A DNA stretch of 64,000 nucleotides from Escherichia coli (GCF_011045215.1 NZ_CP049201.1), one strand, 5' to 3'. Shown: positions 46,499 through 60,310, counted from the stretch's first letter. The notes: generated from the sequence alone by a model not told the origin. Numbers and translations: made by a program.

Positions 46499-47536
46499 TC
46501 AAGACGCCTTCGCCAGCTCCTTCACCAGTGGTAGCATTATCCGCATAACATCACGGCAGCGACGTTCTATTCTTCCAGGAAGTGCCTTATCAATATGCTG
46601 TTGATTATCAAGCCTTACATCATGCCAGCTATTTCCCGCAGGGAATGCGGCTGTTTTTGCGCGTTGCTGATAACCATCTTTATTCCCAAGATTCCAGTTA
46701 GTCGCTTCCACCGAAAGTACAGCAATGCCCGCTTTGTCGAATATTTCTGCGTCATTACAACACCCAGTGCCTTTCGGATAATTTTTATTCAAACCCGGAT
46801 TGGTCGTTGCGGCTATTCCGTGACTGCGCGCAATTGCCAGCGCCCTGTCGCGCGTTAATTTCCTTACTGCTTCAGGGGTTTTTACACCGCTGTTGAAATA
46901 CAATTTATCGCCAACAATTAAGTTATCGAGATTAATCACCAGCAGCGTATTTTTCTTTTCGGTGTCACTCATCCGCTTGAGTAAATTCTCAGCGCCTAAT
47001 TTCCCTTCCTCTTCGCCGCTGGTCGCCACAAATCGAATACCATACTCGGTAGGCGTATTTTTCAGGCGTTCTGCCAATTCCAGCATGACACCTAAACCTG
47101 CGGCGTTATCATCCATTCCTTGTAACGTCAGCCCGCCGAGATTGGCATCGGCGTCAGCATCGCTCAGCGGGGCGTAAGTATCCAGATGCGCCATAATGAT
47201 GATCTGCTGCGGCGCTTTGCCTTCATGAGCGGCAATCACCGTACTTCCCGTCACGTTATGCCAGCTCTTGCGATTATCGCGGGCGGTATAAATATACCGA
47301 CTATTAAATGTCCGAATATCACTGCGATAACCCATTTGCTGAAACTGTTGGCGAATATAATCGGCAGATAACATTTCTGCAGGAGTTCCGGTCATGCGTC
47401 CCGGAAAGAAAGTAGCAATATGTCGTGCCTGGGTATTAGCAAAATCGCCAGGTTTAGGTGACGAGGCGTGTACGGGGAGAATAAAGCATACGCCGAGCGC
47501 CAGGGCAGCGGTACGGTGGCGCAATGCGGAAAACAT
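46499..47536 (-). CDS. iap: alkaline phosphatase isozyme conversion aminopeptidase
   Basis: 345-aa ORF with signal peptide and M28-type peptidase body; classical neighbour of the E. coli CRISPR array. Confidence 0.9.
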   Translation of the reverse strand: MFSALRHRTAALALGVCFILPVHASSPKPGDFANTQARHIATFFPGRMTGTPAEMLSADYIRQQFQQMGYRSDIRTFNSRYIYTARDNRKSWHNVTGSTVIAAHEGKAPQQIIIMAHLDTYAPLSDADADANLGGLTLQGMDDNAAGLGVMLELAERLKNTPTEYGIRFVATSGEEEGKLGAENLLKRMSDTEKKNTLLVINLDNLIVGDKLYFNSGVKTPEAVRKLTRDRALAIARSHGIAATTNPGLNKNYPKGTGCCNDAEIFDKAGIAVLSVEATNWNLGNKDGYQQRAKTAAFPAGNSWHDVRLDNQQHIDKALPGRIERRCRDVMRIMLPLVKELAKAS

Positions 47537-47787
47537 AGTGAGTCCTTAAATACCATGCAAATTTTTTTACCGCCATAGTATGAAACTGCCGCTGCGCTAA
47601 AACAATTTCAAATCTTCCTAAACGCCCGAAATCCGGTGCCTTAAGCACTTTTTGATATTAGCTTTGCCAAATCGTTATTCCGTTAAGGAACTACTCATTC
47701 TAATTGGTAATTTCATTCGTTCTCTTACGCTCCCTATAGTCGAAACATCTGATGGCAAGAAAATAGCGGTATTGCAAAGGAACGGTT

Positions 47788-48696
47788 ATGGATCAAAAAC
47801 GACTTACCCACCTACGACAGCTGGAGGCGGAAAGCATCCACATCATTCGCGAGGTGGCGGCAGAATTCTCAAATCCGGTGATGCTCTACTCTATCGGTAA
47901 AGATTCCAGCGTCATGCTGCATCTGGCGCGCAAGGCGTTTTATCCAGGTACGCTGCCTTTCCCGTTGCTGCATGTCGATACCGGCTGGAAATTCCGCGAG
48001 ATGTATGAGTTCCGCGATCGTACTGCTAAAGCCTACGGCTGCGAGCTGCTGGTGCATAAAAACCCGGAAGGCGTGGCGATGGGGATTAATCCATTCATAC
48101 ACGGCAGCGCGAAACATACCGATATTATGAAAACTGAAGGCCTGAAACAGGCCCTGAATAAATACGGTTTTGATGCCGCCTTCGGTGGTGCGCGCCGTGA
48201 CGAAGAGAAATCCCGCGCTAAAGAGCGAATCTATTCTTTCCGTGACCGCTTCCATCGCTGGGATCCGAAAAATCAGCGCCCGGAGCTGTGGCACAACTAC
48301 AACGGGCAAATTAACAAAGGTGAAAGCATCCGCGTCTTCCCGCTCTCTAACTGGACCGAGCAGGATATCTGGCAATACATCTGGCTGGAAAATATCGACA
48401 TTGTGCCGCTGTATCTCGCTGCGGAACGTCCGGTTCTGGAACGCGACGGTATGTTGATGATGATTGATGACAACCGTATCGACCTGCAACCGGGCGAAGT
48501 GATTAAAAAACGGATGGTGCGTTTCCGTACGCTGGGCTGCTGGCCGCTGACCGGTGCGGTGGAGTCAAATGCACAAACACTGCCGGAGATCATCGAAGAG
48601 ATGCTGGTTTCTACCACCAGTGAACGTCAGGGCCGCGTGATTGACCGCGACCAGGCGGGGTCTATGGAGCTGAAAAAACGTCAGGGGTATTTTTAA
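47788..48696 (+). CDS. cysD: sulfate adenylyltransferase subunit 2
   Basis: 302-aa ORF (PAPS-reductase-like fold); cysDNC operon. Confidence 0.95.
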   Translation: MDQKRLTHLRQLEAESIHIIREVAAEFSNPVMLYSIGKDSSVMLHLARKAFYPGTLPFPLLHVDTGWKFREMYEFRDRTAKAYGCELLVHKNPEGVAMGINPFIHGSAKHTDIMKTEGLKQALNKYGFDAAFGGARRDEEKSRAKERIYSFRDRFHRWDPKNQRPELWHNYNGQINKGESIRVFPLSNWTEQDIWQYIWLENIDIVPLYLAAERPVLERDGMLMMIDDNRIDLQPGEVIKKRMVRFRTLGCWPLTGAVESNAQTLPEIIEEMLVSTTSERQGRVIDRDQAGSMELKKRQGYF

Positions 48697-48697
48697 G

Positions 48698-50125
48698 ATG
48701 AACACCGCACTTGCACAACAAATCGCCAATGAAGGCGGCGTCGAAGCCTGGATGATTGCGCAACAACATAAAAGCCTGCTGCGTTTTCTGACCTGTGGTA
48801 GCGTCGATGACGGCAAAAGTACCCTGATTGGTCGCCTGCTGCACGATACCCGCCAAATCTACGAAGATCAGCTCTCATCGCTGCATAACGACAGTAAGCG
48901 TCACGGCACCCAGGGCGAAAAGCTGGATCTGGCACTGCTGGTGGACGGCCTGCAAGCTGAGCGCGAACAGGGCATCACCATTGACGTGGCTTACCGTTAT
49001 TTCTCTACCGAGAAGCGTAAATTTATTATCGCCGACACCCCAGGGCACGAGCAGTACACTCGCAATATGGCGACTGGCGCATCGACATGTGAACTGGCGA
49101 TCTTACTGATCGATGCCCGTAAAGGCGTGCTCGATCAAACCCGTCGTCACAGTTTTATCTCCACATTGTTGGGGATCAAACATTTGGTCGTGGCGATCAA
49201 CAAAATGGATCTGGTGGATTACAGTGAAGAGACGTTCACCCGTATTCGTGAAGATTATCTGACTTTTGCCGGGCAGCTGCCGGGTAATCTGGATATCCGC
49301 TTTGTGCCGCTCTCCGCACTGGAAGGTGACAACGTGGCTTCGCAAAGTGAAAGTATGCCGTGGTACAGCGGTCCGACACTGCTCGAAGTGCTGGAAACCG
49401 TGGAGATCCAGCGAGTGGTGGATGCTCAGCCAATGCGCTTCCCGGTGCAGTACGTTAATCGCCCGAATCTCGATTTTCGTGGCTACGCCGGAACGCTGGC
49501 ATCCGGTCGCGTGGAAGTCGGGCAACGTGTAAAAGTTCTGCCCTCTGGTGTGGAATCAAACGTCGCGCGGATCGTGACTTTTGATGGTGATCGCGAAGAA
49601 GCCTTTGCCGGAGAAGCGATCACCCTGGTGCTGACGGATGAAATCGACATCAGCCGTGGCGATCTGCTGCTGGCGGCAGACGAAGCGTTACCAGCTGTGC
49701 AGAGCGCGTCGGTGGATGTGGTATGGATGGCGGAACAGCCGCTTTCCCCGGGCCAGAGTTACGACATCAAAATTGCCGGTAAGAAGACGCGTGCTCGTGT
49801 TGATGGCATTCGTTATCAGGTTGATATTAATAACCTTACCCAACGCGAAGTTGAAAACCTGCCGCTGAACGGCATCGGCCTGGTGGATCTCACTTTTGAC
49901 GAGCCACTGGTGTTAGATCGTTATCAGCAAAACCCGGTTACCGGTGGGCTGATTTTTATCGATCGCCTGAGCAATGTGACCGTAGGTGCCGGTATGGTGC
50001 ATGAGCCAGTTAGCCAGGCAACTGCTGCGCCATCTGAATTTAGTGCATTCGAACTGGAATTGAATGCCCTGGTTCGCCGCCACTTTCCACACTGGGGCGC
50101 GCGCGATTTGCTGGGGGATAAATAA
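48698..50125 (+). CDS. cysN: sulfate adenylyltransferase subunit 1 (GTPase)
   Basis: 475-aa ORF; GTP-binding motifs ([21 protein letters not shown]). Confidence 0.95.
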
Positions 50126-50730
50126 TGGCGCTGCATGACGAAAACGTCGTCTGGCATAGCCATCCGGTCACTGTGCAACAACGCGAGCTACACCACGGTC
50201 ATCGTGGTGTAGTGCTGTGGTTTACCGGCCTCTCCGGGTCCGGTAAATCAACGGTCGCCGGGGCGCTGGAGGAGGCGTTACATAAACTCGGCGTCAGTAC
50301 GTATCTGCTGGATGGCGACAATGTTCGCCACGGATTATGCAGCGATCTCGGTTTTAGCGATGCCGATCGTAAAGAGAATATCCGTCGCGTCGGTGAAGTG
50401 GCGAATTTGATGGTTGAAGCCGGACTGGTGGTGCTGACCGCATTTATCTCGCCACACCGCGCCGAACGCCAGATGGTTCGTGAACGCGTAGGAGAAGGGC
50501 GCTTTATCGAAGTGTTTGTCGATACGCCGCTGGCGATTTGCGAAGCCCGCGATCCAAAAGGCTTATATAAGAAAGCGCGTGCCGGTGAACTGCGCAACTT
50601 TACGGGAATAGATTCCGTTTACGAAGCGCCTGAATCGGCAGAAATTCATCTCAATGGTGAACAATTAGTAACAAATTTGGTACAGCAATTATTAGATCTG
50701 TTGAGACAGAACGATATTATCAGATCCTGA
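50125..50730 (+). CDS. cysC: adenylyl-sulfate kinase
   Basis: 201-aa ORF; P-loop GLSGSGKST. Confidence 0.95.
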
Positions 50731-50779
50731 GACACCACCGGGTTTCCATGCCCGGTTCGTCAAAGTAACAGGATCAAAT

Positions 50780-51103
50780 ATGCGTAATAGCCATAACATT
50801 ACACTAACAAATAACGACAGCCTTACTGAGGATGAAGAAACCACATGGTCACTGCCTGGTGCCGTGGTCGGTTTTATCTCCTGGTTATTTGCGCTGGCGA
50901 TGCCGATGTTGATTTATGGCTCTAACACGCTGTTCTTCTTTATCTACACCTGGCCTTTCTTTCTGGCACTGATGCCTGTCGCGGTAGTGGTGGGGATTGC
51001 GCTGCATTCATTGATGGACGGAAAGCTACGCTACAGTATTGTTTTCACCCTGATGACAGTAGGCATTATGTTTGGCGCACTGTTTATGTGGCTACTGGGC
51101 TAA
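50780..51103 (+). CDS. ygbE: small inner-membrane protein
   Basis: 107-aa hydrophobic ORF between cysC and ftsB. Confidence 0.75.
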   Translation: MRNSHNITLTNNDSLTEDEETTWSLPGAVVGFISWLFALAMPMLIYGSNTLFFFIYTWPFFLALMPVAVVVGIALHSLMDGKLRYSIVFTLMTVGIMFGALFMWLLG

Positions 51104-51296
51104 TTTGTACTTTCCCGTCTCCTCTGTTCATAATTCAAACCGTAACTAATAATGAGATTATGTTCTGCACGCCCTGGGTATACGTAACAATGGACAAATG
51201 TGGTACATTTGCCCGCGTTGTCGCGGTATCCCCAACAGAGGATGTAGAGTCGTCTTCGGATGCATGGGATGATGATGCCGTTTTTCAGGGGGCAGG

Positions 51297-51608
51297 ATGG
51301 GTAAACTAACGCTGCTGTTGCTGGCTATTCTGGTCTGGCTACAGTATTCGCTGTGGTTCGGTAAGAACGGTATACATGACTATACCCGCGTCAATGATGA
51401 TGTGGCGGCACAGCAAGCTACAAACGCGAAACTTAAAGCGCGAAACGATCAACTTTTTGCCGAAATTGACGATCTCAATGGCGGCCAGGAGGCGCTCGAA
51501 GAGCGTGCGCGTAATGAACTCAGCATGACCAGGCCGGGCGAAACTTTTTATCGTCTGGTGCCTGACGCGTCGAAGCGCGCACAGTCTGCGGGGCAAAACA
51601 ATCGATAA
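51297..51608 (+). CDS. ftsB: cell division protein FtsB
   Basis: 103-aa ORF; TM segment plus coiled coil. Confidence 0.9.
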
Positions 51609-51626
51609 ATCAGCCCGGGAATTAAC

Positions 51627-52337
51627 ATGGCAACCACTCATTTGGATGTTTGCGCCGTGGTTCCGGCGGCCGGATTTGGCCGTCGAATGCAAACGGAATG
51701 TCCTAAGCAATATCTCTCAATCGGTAATCAAACCATTCTTGAACACTCGGTGTATGCGCTGCTGGCGCATCCCCGGGTGAAACGTGTCGTCATTGCCATA
51801 AGTCCTGGCGATAGCCGTTTTGCACAACTTCCTCTGGCGAATCATCCGCAAATCACCGTTGTAGATGGCGGTGATGAGCGTGCCGATTCCGTGCTGGCAG
51901 GTTTGAAAGCCGCTGGCGACGCGCAGTGGGTATTGGTGCATGACGCCGCTCGTCCTTGTCTGCATCAGGATGACCTCGCGCGATTGTTGGCGTTGAGCGA
52001 AACCAGCCGCACGGGAGGGATCCTAGCCGCACCAGTGCGCGATACTATGAAACGTGCCGAACCGGGCAAAAATGCCATTGCTCATACTGTTGATCGCAAC
52101 GGCTTATGGCACGCGCTGACGCCGCAATTTTTCCCTCGTGAGCTGTTACATGACTGTCTGACGCGCGCTCTAAATGAAGGCGCGACTATTACTGACGAAG
52201 CCTCGGCGCTGGAATATTGCGGATTTCATCCGCAGTTGGTCGAAGGCCGCGCGGATAACATTAAAGTCACGCGCCCGGAAGATTTGGCACTGGCCGAGTT
52301 TTACCTCACCCGAACCATCCATCAGGAGAATACATAA
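51627..52337 (+). CDS. ispD: 2-C-methyl-D-erythritol 4-phosphate cytidylyltransferase
   Basis: 236-aa ORF; [13 protein letters not shown]-terminal motif. Confidence 0.93.
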   Translation: MATTHLDVCAVVPAAGFGRRMQTECPKQYLSIGNQTILEHSVYALLAHPRVKRVVIAISPGDSRFAQLPLANHPQITVVDGGDERADSVLAGLKAAGDAQWVLVHDAARPCLHQDDLARLLALSETSRTGGILAAPVRDTMKRAEPGKNAIAHTVDRNGLWHALTPQFFPRELLHDCLTRALNEGATITDEASALEYCGFHPQLVEGRADNIKVTRPEDLALAEFYLTRTIHQENT

Positions 52338-52816
52338 TGCGAATTGGACACGGTTTTGACGTACACGCCTTTGGCGGTGAAGGCCCAATTATCATTGGTG
52401 GCGTACGCATTCCTTACGAAAAAGGATTGCTGGCGCATTCTGATGGCGACGTGGCGCTCCATGCGTTGACCGATGCATTGCTTGGCGCGGCGGCGCTGGG
52501 GGATATCGGCAAACTGTTCCCGGATACCGATCCGGCATTTAAAGGTGCCGACAGCCGCGAGCTGCTACGCGAAGCCTGGCGTCGTATTCAGGCGAAGGGT
52601 TATACCCTTGGCAACGTCGATGTCACTATCATCGCTCAGGCACCGAAGATGTTGCCGCACATTCCACAAATGCGCGTGTTTATTGCCGAAGATCTCGGCT
52701 GTCATATGGATGATGTTAACGTGAAAGCCACTACTACGGAAAAACTTGGATTTACCGGGCGTGGGGAAGGGATTGCCTGTGAAGCGGTGGCGCTACTCAT
52801 TAAGGCAATAAAATGA
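52337..52816 (+). CDS. ispF: 2-C-methyl-D-erythritol 2,4-cyclodiphosphate synthase
   Basis: 159-aa [15 protein letters not shown]...HSDGDV... Confidence 0.95.
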   Translation: MRIGHGFDVHAFGGEGPIIIGGVRIPYEKGLLAHSDGDVALHALTDALLGAAALGDIGKLFPDTDPAFKGADSRELLREAWRRIQAKGYTLGNVDVTIIAQAPKMLPHIPQMRVFIAEDLGCHMDDVNVKATTTEKLGFTGRGEGIACEAVALLIKAIK

Positions 52817-53842
52817 TTGAGTTTGATAATCTCACTTACCTCCACGGTAAACCGCAAGGCACCGGGCTGCTGAAAGCCAATCCGGAAGACTTTGTGGTGG
52901 TGGAAGATTTGGGCTTTGAGCCTGATGGTGAAGGTGAGCATATTCTGGTTAGAATCCTCAAAAACGGCTGCAATACCCGTTTTGTGGCGGATGCACTGGC
53001 GAAATTCCTGAAAATTCATTCCCGTGAAGTCAGCTTCGCTGGGCAAAAAGACAAACATGCTGTAACGGAACAGTGGTTATGTGCTCGCGTGCCGGGCAAG
53101 GAAATGCCCGATCTGAGCGCCTTTCAACTGGAAGGCTGCCAGGTGCTGGAGTATGCGCGGCACAAGCGCAAGCTGCGTTTAGGGGCGCTGAAAGGTAACG
53201 CCTTTACCCTGGTTCTGCGCGAAGTGAGCAATCGCGATGACGTTGAACAACGTCTGATCGATATTTGCGTAAAAGGTGTACCGAACTACTTCGGTGCCCA
53301 ACGTTTTGGGATTGGCGGTAGCAACTTGCAGGGCGCGCTGCGCTGGGCGCAAACCAATACTCCGGTGCGCGATCGCAATAAACGGAGTTTTTGGTTGTCG
53401 GCAGCCCGCAGTGCGTTGTTTAATCAGATTGTTGCTGAGCGCCTCAAAAAAGCAGACGTTAATCAAGTTGTTGACGGCGATGCGCTACAATTAGCCGGAC
53501 GTGGTAGCTGGTTTGTAGCAACCACCGAAGAACTGGCGGAATTACAGCGTCGCGTCAACGATAAAGAGCTGATGATAACCGCCGCATTGCCGGGCAGTGG
53601 CGAATGGGGAACTCAGCGTGAAGCGCTGGCATTCGAACAAGCAGCTGTCGCCGCAGAAACTGAATTACAAGCTTTACTGGTGCGCGAAAAAGTTGAAGCC
53701 GCGCGCAGAGCGATGCTGCTGTATCCGCAACAATTAAGCTGGAATTGGTGGGATGACGTCACCGTAGAGATCCGTTTCTGGCTTCCGGCGGGTAGTTTTG
53801 CAACCAGCGTTGTCAGGGAACTTATCAACACAACAGGTGATT

Positions 53843-53862
<20 letters not shown>
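52813..53862 (+). CDS. truD: tRNA pseudouridine(13) synthase TruD
   Basis: 349-aa ORF overlapping the ispF stop. Confidence 0.9.
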
Positions 53863-55224
<1,362 letters not shown>

Positions 55225-55363
55225 AACGTGAGGAAATACCTGGATTTTTCCTGGTTATTTTGCCGCAGGTCAGCGTATCGTGAACATCTTTTCCAGTGTT
55301 CAGTATGGTGCCTTGCACGGTAATTATGTCACTGGTTATTAACCAATTTTTCCTGGGGGATAA

Positions 55364-56551
55364 ATGAGCGCGGGAAGCCCAAAATTCACCGTTCGCCGCA
55401 TTGCGGCTTTGTCACTGGTTTCGCTATGGCTGGCAGGCTGTTCTGACACTTCAAATCCACCGGCACCGGTCAGCTCCGTTAATGGCAATGCGCCTGCAAA
55501 TACCAATTCTGGTATGTTGATTACGCCGCCGCCGAAAATGGGGACGACGTCTACAGCGCAGCAACCGCAAATTCAGCCGGTGCAGCAGCCACAAATTCAG
55601 GCCACTCAACAACCGCAAATTCAGCCGGTGCAGCAGCCACAAATTCAGGCCACTCAACAACCGCAAATCCAGCCAGTGCAGCCAGTAGCTCAGCAGCCGG
55701 TACAGATGGAAAACGGACGCATCGTCTATAACCGTCAGTATGGGAACATTCCGAAAGGCAGTTATAGCGGCAGTACCTATACCGTGAAAAAAGGCGACAC
55801 ACTTTTCTATATCGCCTGGATTACTGGCAACGATTTCCGTGACCTTGCTCAGCGCAACAATATTCAGGCGCCCTACGCGCTGAACGTTGGTCAGACCTTG
55901 CAGGTGGGTAATGCTTCCGGTACGCCAATCACTGGCGGAAATGCCATTACCCAGGCCGATGCAGCAGAGCAAGGAGTTGTGATCAAGCCTGCACAAAATT
56001 CCACCGTTGCTGTTGCGTCGCAACCGACAATTACGTATTCTGAGTCTTCGGGTGAACAGAGTGCTAACAAAATGTTGCCGAACAACAAGCCAACTGCGAC
56101 CACGGTCACAGCGCCTGTAACGGTACCAACAGCAAGCACAACCGAGCCGACTGTCAGCAGTACATCAACCAGTACGCCTATCTCCACCTGGCGCTGGCCG
56201 ACTGAGGGCAAAGTGATCGAAACCTTTGGCGCTTCTGAGGGGGGCAACAAGGGGATTGATATCGCAGGCAGCAAAGGACAGGCAATTATCGCGACCGCAG
56301 ATGGCCGCGTTGTTTATGCCGGTAACGCGCTGCGCGGCTACGGTAATCTGATTATCATCAAACATAATGATGATTACCTGAGTGCCTACGCCCATAACGA
56401 CACAATGCTGGTCCGGGAACAACAAGAAGTGAAGGCGGGGCAAAAAATAGCAACCATGGGTAGCACCGGAACCAGTTCAACACGCTTGCATTTTGAAATT
56501 CGTTACAAGGGGAAATCCGTAAACCCGCTGCGTTATTTGCCGCAGCGATAA
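55364..56551 (+). CDS. nlpD: murein hydrolase activator lipoprotein NlpD
   Basis: 395-aa ORF; lipobox LAGCS; LysM; Q/P-rich repeats; C-terminal M23 LytM domain. Confidence 0.93.
   Translation: MSAGSPKFTVRRIAALSLVSLWLAGCSDTSNPPAPVSSVNGNAPANTNSGMLITPPPKMGTTSTAQQPQIQPVQQPQIQATQQPQIQPVQQPQIQATQQPQIQPVQPVAQQPVQMENGRIVYNRQYGNIPKGSYSGSTYTVKKGDTLFYIAWITGNDFRDLAQRNNIQAPYALNVGQTLQVGNASGTPITGGNAITQADAAEQGVVIKPAQNSTVAVASQPTITYSESSGEQSANKMLPNNKPTATTVTAPVTVPTASTTEPTVSSTSTSTPISTWRWPTEGKVIETFGASEGGNKGIDIAGSKGQAIIATADGRVVYAGNALRGYGNLIIIKHNDDYLSAYAHNDTMLVREQQEVKAGQKIATMGSTGTSSTRLHFEIRYKGKSVNPLRYLPQR
55562..55681 (+). repeat. 48-bp in-frame tandem repeat inside nlpD (about 2.5 copies)
   Basis: Two identical 48-bp units at 55562-55609 and 55610-55657 (encoding [16 protein letters not shown]) plus a partial third copy. 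Confidence 0.85.
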
Positions 56552-56613
56552 ATCGGCGGAACCAGGCTTTTGCTTGAATGTTCCGTCAAGGGATCACGGG
56601 TAGGAGCCACCTT

Positions 56614-57606
56614 ATGAGTCAGAATACGCTGAAAGTTCATGATTTAAATGAAGATGCGGAATTTGATGAGAACGGAGTTGAGGTTTTTGACGAAAAGGCC
56701 TTAGTAGAAGAGGAACCCAGTGATAACGATTTGGCCGAAGAGGAACTGTTATCGCAGGGAGCCACACAGCGTGTGTTGGACGCGACTCAGCTTTACCTTG
56801 GTGAGATTGGTTATTCACCACTGTTAACGGCCGAAGAAGAAGTTTATTTTGCGCGTCGCGCACTGCGTGGAGATGTCGCCTCTCGCCGCCGGATGATCGA
56901 GAGTAACTTGCGTCTGGTGGTAAAAATTGCCCGCCGTTATGGCAATCGTGGTCTGGCGTTGCTGGACCTTATCGAAGAGGGCAACCTGGGGCTGATCCGC
57001 GCGGTAGAGAAGTTTGACCCGGAACGTGGTTTCCGCTTCTCAACATACGCAACCTGGTGGATTCGCCAGACGATTGAACGGGCGATTATGAACCAAACCC
57101 GTACTATTCGTTTGCCGATTCACATCGTAAAGGAGCTGAACGTTTACCTGCGAACCGCACGTGAGTTGTCCCATAAGCTGGACCATGAACCAAGTGCGGA
57201 AGAGATCGCAGAGCAACTGGATAAGCCAGTTGATGACGTCAGCCGTATGCTTCGTCTTAACGAGCGCATTACCTCGGTAGACACCCCGCTGGGTGGTGAT
57301 TCCGAAAAAGCGTTGCTGGACATCCTGGCCGATGAAAAAGAGAACGGTCCGGAAGATACCACGCAAGATGACGATATGAAGCAGAGCATCGTCAAATGGC
57401 TGTTCGAACTGAACGCCAAACAGCGTGAAGTACTGGCACGTCGATTCGGTTTGCTGGGGTACGAAGCGGCAACACTGGAAGATGTAGGTCGTGAAATTGG
57501 CCTCACCCGTGAACGTGTTCGCCAGATTCAGGTTGAAGGCCTGCGCCGTTTGCGCGAAATCCTGCAAACGCAGGGGCTGAATATCGAAGCGCTGTTCCGC
57601 GAATAA
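56614..57606 (+). CDS. rpoS: RNA polymerase sigma factor RpoS (sigma-38)
   Basis: ATG at 56614 after TAGGAG gives 330 aa ([20 protein letters not shown]...); the track ORF has an N-terminal extension; codon 33 is GAG (Glu), no amber. Confidence 0.96.
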   Translation: MSQNTLKVHDLNEDAEFDENGVEVFDEKALVEEEPSDNDLAEEELLSQGATQRVLDATQLYLGEIGYSPLLTAEEEVYFARRALRGDVASRRRMIESNLRLVVKIARRYGNRGLALLDLIEEGNLGLIRAVEKFDPERGFRFSTYATWWIRQTIERAIMNQTRTIRLPIHIVKELNVYLRTARELSHKLDHEPSAEEIAEQLDKPVDDVSRMLRLNERITSVDTPLGGDSEKALLDILADEKENGPEDTTQDDDMKQSIVKWLFELNAKQREVLARRFGLLGYEAATLEDVGREIGLTRERVRQIQVEGLRRLREILQTQGLNIEALFRE

Positions 57607-57626
57607 GTAAGCATCTGTCAGAAAGA

Positions 57627-57660
57627 CCAGTCTCAAGCGAGGCTGGCCTTTTTCTTTTGT
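57627..57660 (+). terminator. rpoS intrinsic terminator
   Basis: 8-bp stem ccagtctc / gaggctgg with aagc loop, followed by cctttttctttt. Confidence 0.65.
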
Positions 57661-57725
57661 TTGGGAAGCTTGTGTTTTTGTCGCCTGGATAAGACACGTC
57701 AGCGTCCTACCCGGCAATTTGCATC

Positions 57726-58133
57726 CTATGTGTTCATCATCTTGCGCACCAGCTGCACAAACAGCTCCTGCTCTTCTGCACTCAAACGCCCCAAAAATTC
57801 CTCATCCACGCTGTCACCAATCGGTATCGCCGCAGCAAGTATCTTTTCTCCTTCGGCAGTCAGCCAGACAAAGCGACGCCGCTTGTCAGCGGCATCATGT
57901 TCACGTCTGACTAAGCCACGATTCTCCATTCTTGCCAACATTTCTGCCAACGTTGCTTTGGTGCTGACTGCTGCTTCTATCAGTGCCACCTGTTCGATAC
58001 CAGGCTTATCAGCAATGGCGCGCATCACCGCATACTGTGGTTTGGTCAGGTCAGGTAACTCGTGCTGCCAGCGAGCCGTGTGCTGCTGAAAAAGCTGTCG
58101 TAACTGATGGAACGCTTTATTTCGTAACGCCAT
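57726..58133 (-). CDS. MarR/SlyA-family transcriptional regulator
   Basis: 135-aa ORF with a winged-helix MarR-like profile; divergent from ecdB. Confidence 0.8.
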   Translation of the reverse strand: MALRNKAFHQLRQLFQQHTARWQHELPDLTKPQYAVMRAIADKPGIEQVALIEAAVSTKATLAEMLARMENRGLVRREHDAADKRRRFVWLTAEGEKILAAAIPIGDSVDEEFLGRLSAEEQELFVQLVRKMMNT

Positions 58134-58279
58134 GTAAACTCCGGGCTAATTCTCTGTCGCTATCATAGCGGTTTTTTAGTGACGAAGAAGATGTTGTTAC
58201 TTTTCAATCCTTGCCGCTGTGGAAATGAAGGAGTATGTTAATAATAACGTTCGTATACGAACAATTAAGAGAATAAGCA

Positions 58280-58873
58280 ATGAAACTGATCGTCGGGATG
58301 ACAGGGGCTACCGGTGCGCCTCTTGGTGTGGCATTACTGCAAGCGCTGCGGGAGATGCCGAATGTCGAGACTCATCTGGTGATGTCGAAGTGGGCGAAAA
58401 CCACCATTGAACTGGAAACGCCTTACAGCGCTCGCGATGTTGCTGCCCTCGCAGACTTCTGCCATAACCCGGCGGATCAGGCGGCGACCATCTCCTCAGG
58501 TTCCTTTCGTACCGACGGCATGATCGTTATTCCGTGCAGTATGAAAACGCTCGCCGGTATCCGCGCTGGTTACGCCGATGGCTTGGTAGGGCGCGCGGCG
58601 GACGTCGTGCTCAAAGAAGGCCGCAAACTGGTGCTGGTGCCGCGTGAAATGCCGCTTAGCACCATCCATCTCGAAAATATGCTCGCACTTTCACGCATGG
58701 GCGTGGCGATGGTGCCGCCGATGCCTGCCTTTTATAACCATCCCGAAACGGTAGATGACATTGTCCACCATGTGGTAGCCCGCGTGCTGGATCAATTTGG
58801 CCTCGAACATCCCCACGCCAGGCGCTGGCAAGGATTGCCGCAGGCCCGGAATTTTTCTCAGGAGAATGAATAA
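58280..58873 (+). CDS. ecdB: UbiX-like flavin prenyltransferase
   Basis: 197-aa ORF MKLIVGMTGATGAPLGVALLQAL... (flavoprotein fold, UbiX/Pad1 family). Confidence 0.88.
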   Translation: MKLIVGMTGATGAPLGVALLQALREMPNVETHLVMSKWAKTTIELETPYSARDVAALADFCHNPADQAATISSGSFRTDGMIVIPCSMKTLAGIRAGYADGLVGRAADVVLKEGRKLVLVPREMPLSTIHLENMLALSRMGVAMVPPMPAFYNHPETVDDIVHHVVARVLDQFGLEHPHARRWQGLPQARNFSQENE

Positions 58874-60300
58874 TGGCATTTGATGATTTACGCAGCTTTT
58901 TACAGGCGCTTGATGACCACGGCCAGTTACTGAAAATCAGCGAAGAAATGAACGCTGAACCGGATCTGGCTGCCGCTGCCAACGCCACCGGGCGTATCGG
59001 CGATGGTGCACCGGCGCTGTGGTTTGATAATATTCGCGGCTTTACCGATGCCCGCGTGGCGATGAATACCATCGGTTCCTGGCAGAACCACGCGATTTCC
59101 CTGGGCCTGCCGCCAAACACCCCGGTTAAAAAACAGATTGATGAATTCATCCGCCGCTGGGATAACTTCCCGATTGTCCCGGAACGCCGCGCCAATCCTG
59201 CCTGGGCGCAGAACACCGTCGATGGCGACGAGATTAATTTGTTCGATATCCTGCCACTGTTTCGTTTAAACGATGGCGATGGCGGTTTCTATCTCGACAA
59301 AGCCTGCGTGGTTTCCCGCGATCCGCTCGACCCAGATAACTTCGGCAAGCAGAACGTCGGCATCTACCGCATGGAAGTGAAGGGCAAGCGTAAGCTCGGC
59401 CTGCAACCGGTGCCGATGCACGATATCGCCCTGCATCTGCATAAAGCAGAAGAGCGCGGTGAAGATCTGCCGATTGCGATCACGCTCGGTAACGATCCGA
59501 TCATCACGCTGATGGGGGCCACGCCGCTGAAATACGATCAGTCTGAGTATGAAATGGCAGGCGCGCTGCGTGAAAGCCCGTACCCGATCGCCACCGCCCC
59601 GCTGACCGGTTTTGATGTGCCGTGGGGTTCAGAAGTGATCCTCGAAGGGGTCATCGAAAGCCGTAAGCGCGAAATCGAAGGGCCGTTCGGTGAGTTTACC
59701 GGACACTACTCCGGCGGGCGTAACATGACCGTGGTGCGCATCGATAAAGTCTCTTACCGCACCAGGCCGATTTTCGAATCGCTGTACCTCGGCATGCCGT
59801 GGACCGAAATCGACTACCTGATGGGGCCAGCCACCTGCGTACCGCTATATCAACAACTGAAAGCCGAGTTCCCGGAAGTGCAGGCGGTAAACGCCATGTA
59901 CACCCACGGCCTGCTGGCGATTATCTCCACCAAAAAACGCTACGGCGGCTTTGCCCGCGCGGTGGGCCTGCGCGCGATGACCACGCCGCACGGTCTGGGC
60001 TACGTGAAGATGGTGATTATGGTCGATGAAGACGTTGATCCGTTCAACCTGCCGCAGGTGATGTGGGCGCTCTCCTCGAAAGTGAACCCGGCAGGGGATT
60101 TGGTGCAGTTGCCGAATATGTCCGTGCTGGAACTCGACCCAGGCTCAAGCCCGGCGGGGATCACCGACAAGCTGATTATCGACGCCACCACGCCTGTTGC
60201 CCCGGACAACCGTGGTCACTACAGCCAGCCGGTGGTGGATTTACCGGAAACCAAAGCCTGGGCTGAAAAACTGACCGCTATGCTGGCTGCACGTAAATAA
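58873..60300 (+). CDS. ecdC: UbiD-family (prenyl-FMN-dependent) decarboxylase
   Basis: 475-aa ORF; start overlaps the ecdB stop (taATGg); UbiD-like architecture. Confidence 0.88.
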   Translation: MAFDDLRSFLQALDDHGQLLKISEEMNAEPDLAAAANATGRIGDGAPALWFDNIRGFTDARVAMNTIGSWQNHAISLGLPPNTPVKKQIDEFIRRWDNFPIVPERRANPAWAQNTVDGDEINLFDILPLFRLNDGDGGFYLDKACVVSRDPLDPDNFGKQNVGIYRMEVKGKRKLGLQPVPMHDIALHLHKAEERGEDLPIAITLGNDPIITLMGATPLKYDQSEYEMAGALRESPYPIATAPLTGFDVPWGSEVILEGVIESRKREIEGPFGEFTGHYSGGRNMTVVRIDKVSYRTRPIFESLYLGMPWTEIDYLMGPATCVPLYQQLKAEFPEVQAVNAMYTHGLLAIISTKKRYGGFARAVGLRAMTTPHGLGYVKMVIMVDEDVDPFNLPQVMWALSSKVNPAGDLVQLPNMSVLELDPGSSPAGITDKLIIDATTPVAPDNRGHYSQPVVDLPETKAWAEKLTAMLAARK

Positions 60301-60310
60301 GGAGAAGAAG

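Noticed and set aside
57661-57700. REP-like sequence just after the rpoS terminator (gcctggataagacacgtcagcgtcc)
   Set aside because: Only partial similarity to the REP consensus and no complete palindrome; possibly a decayed half-REP at the insertion boundary.
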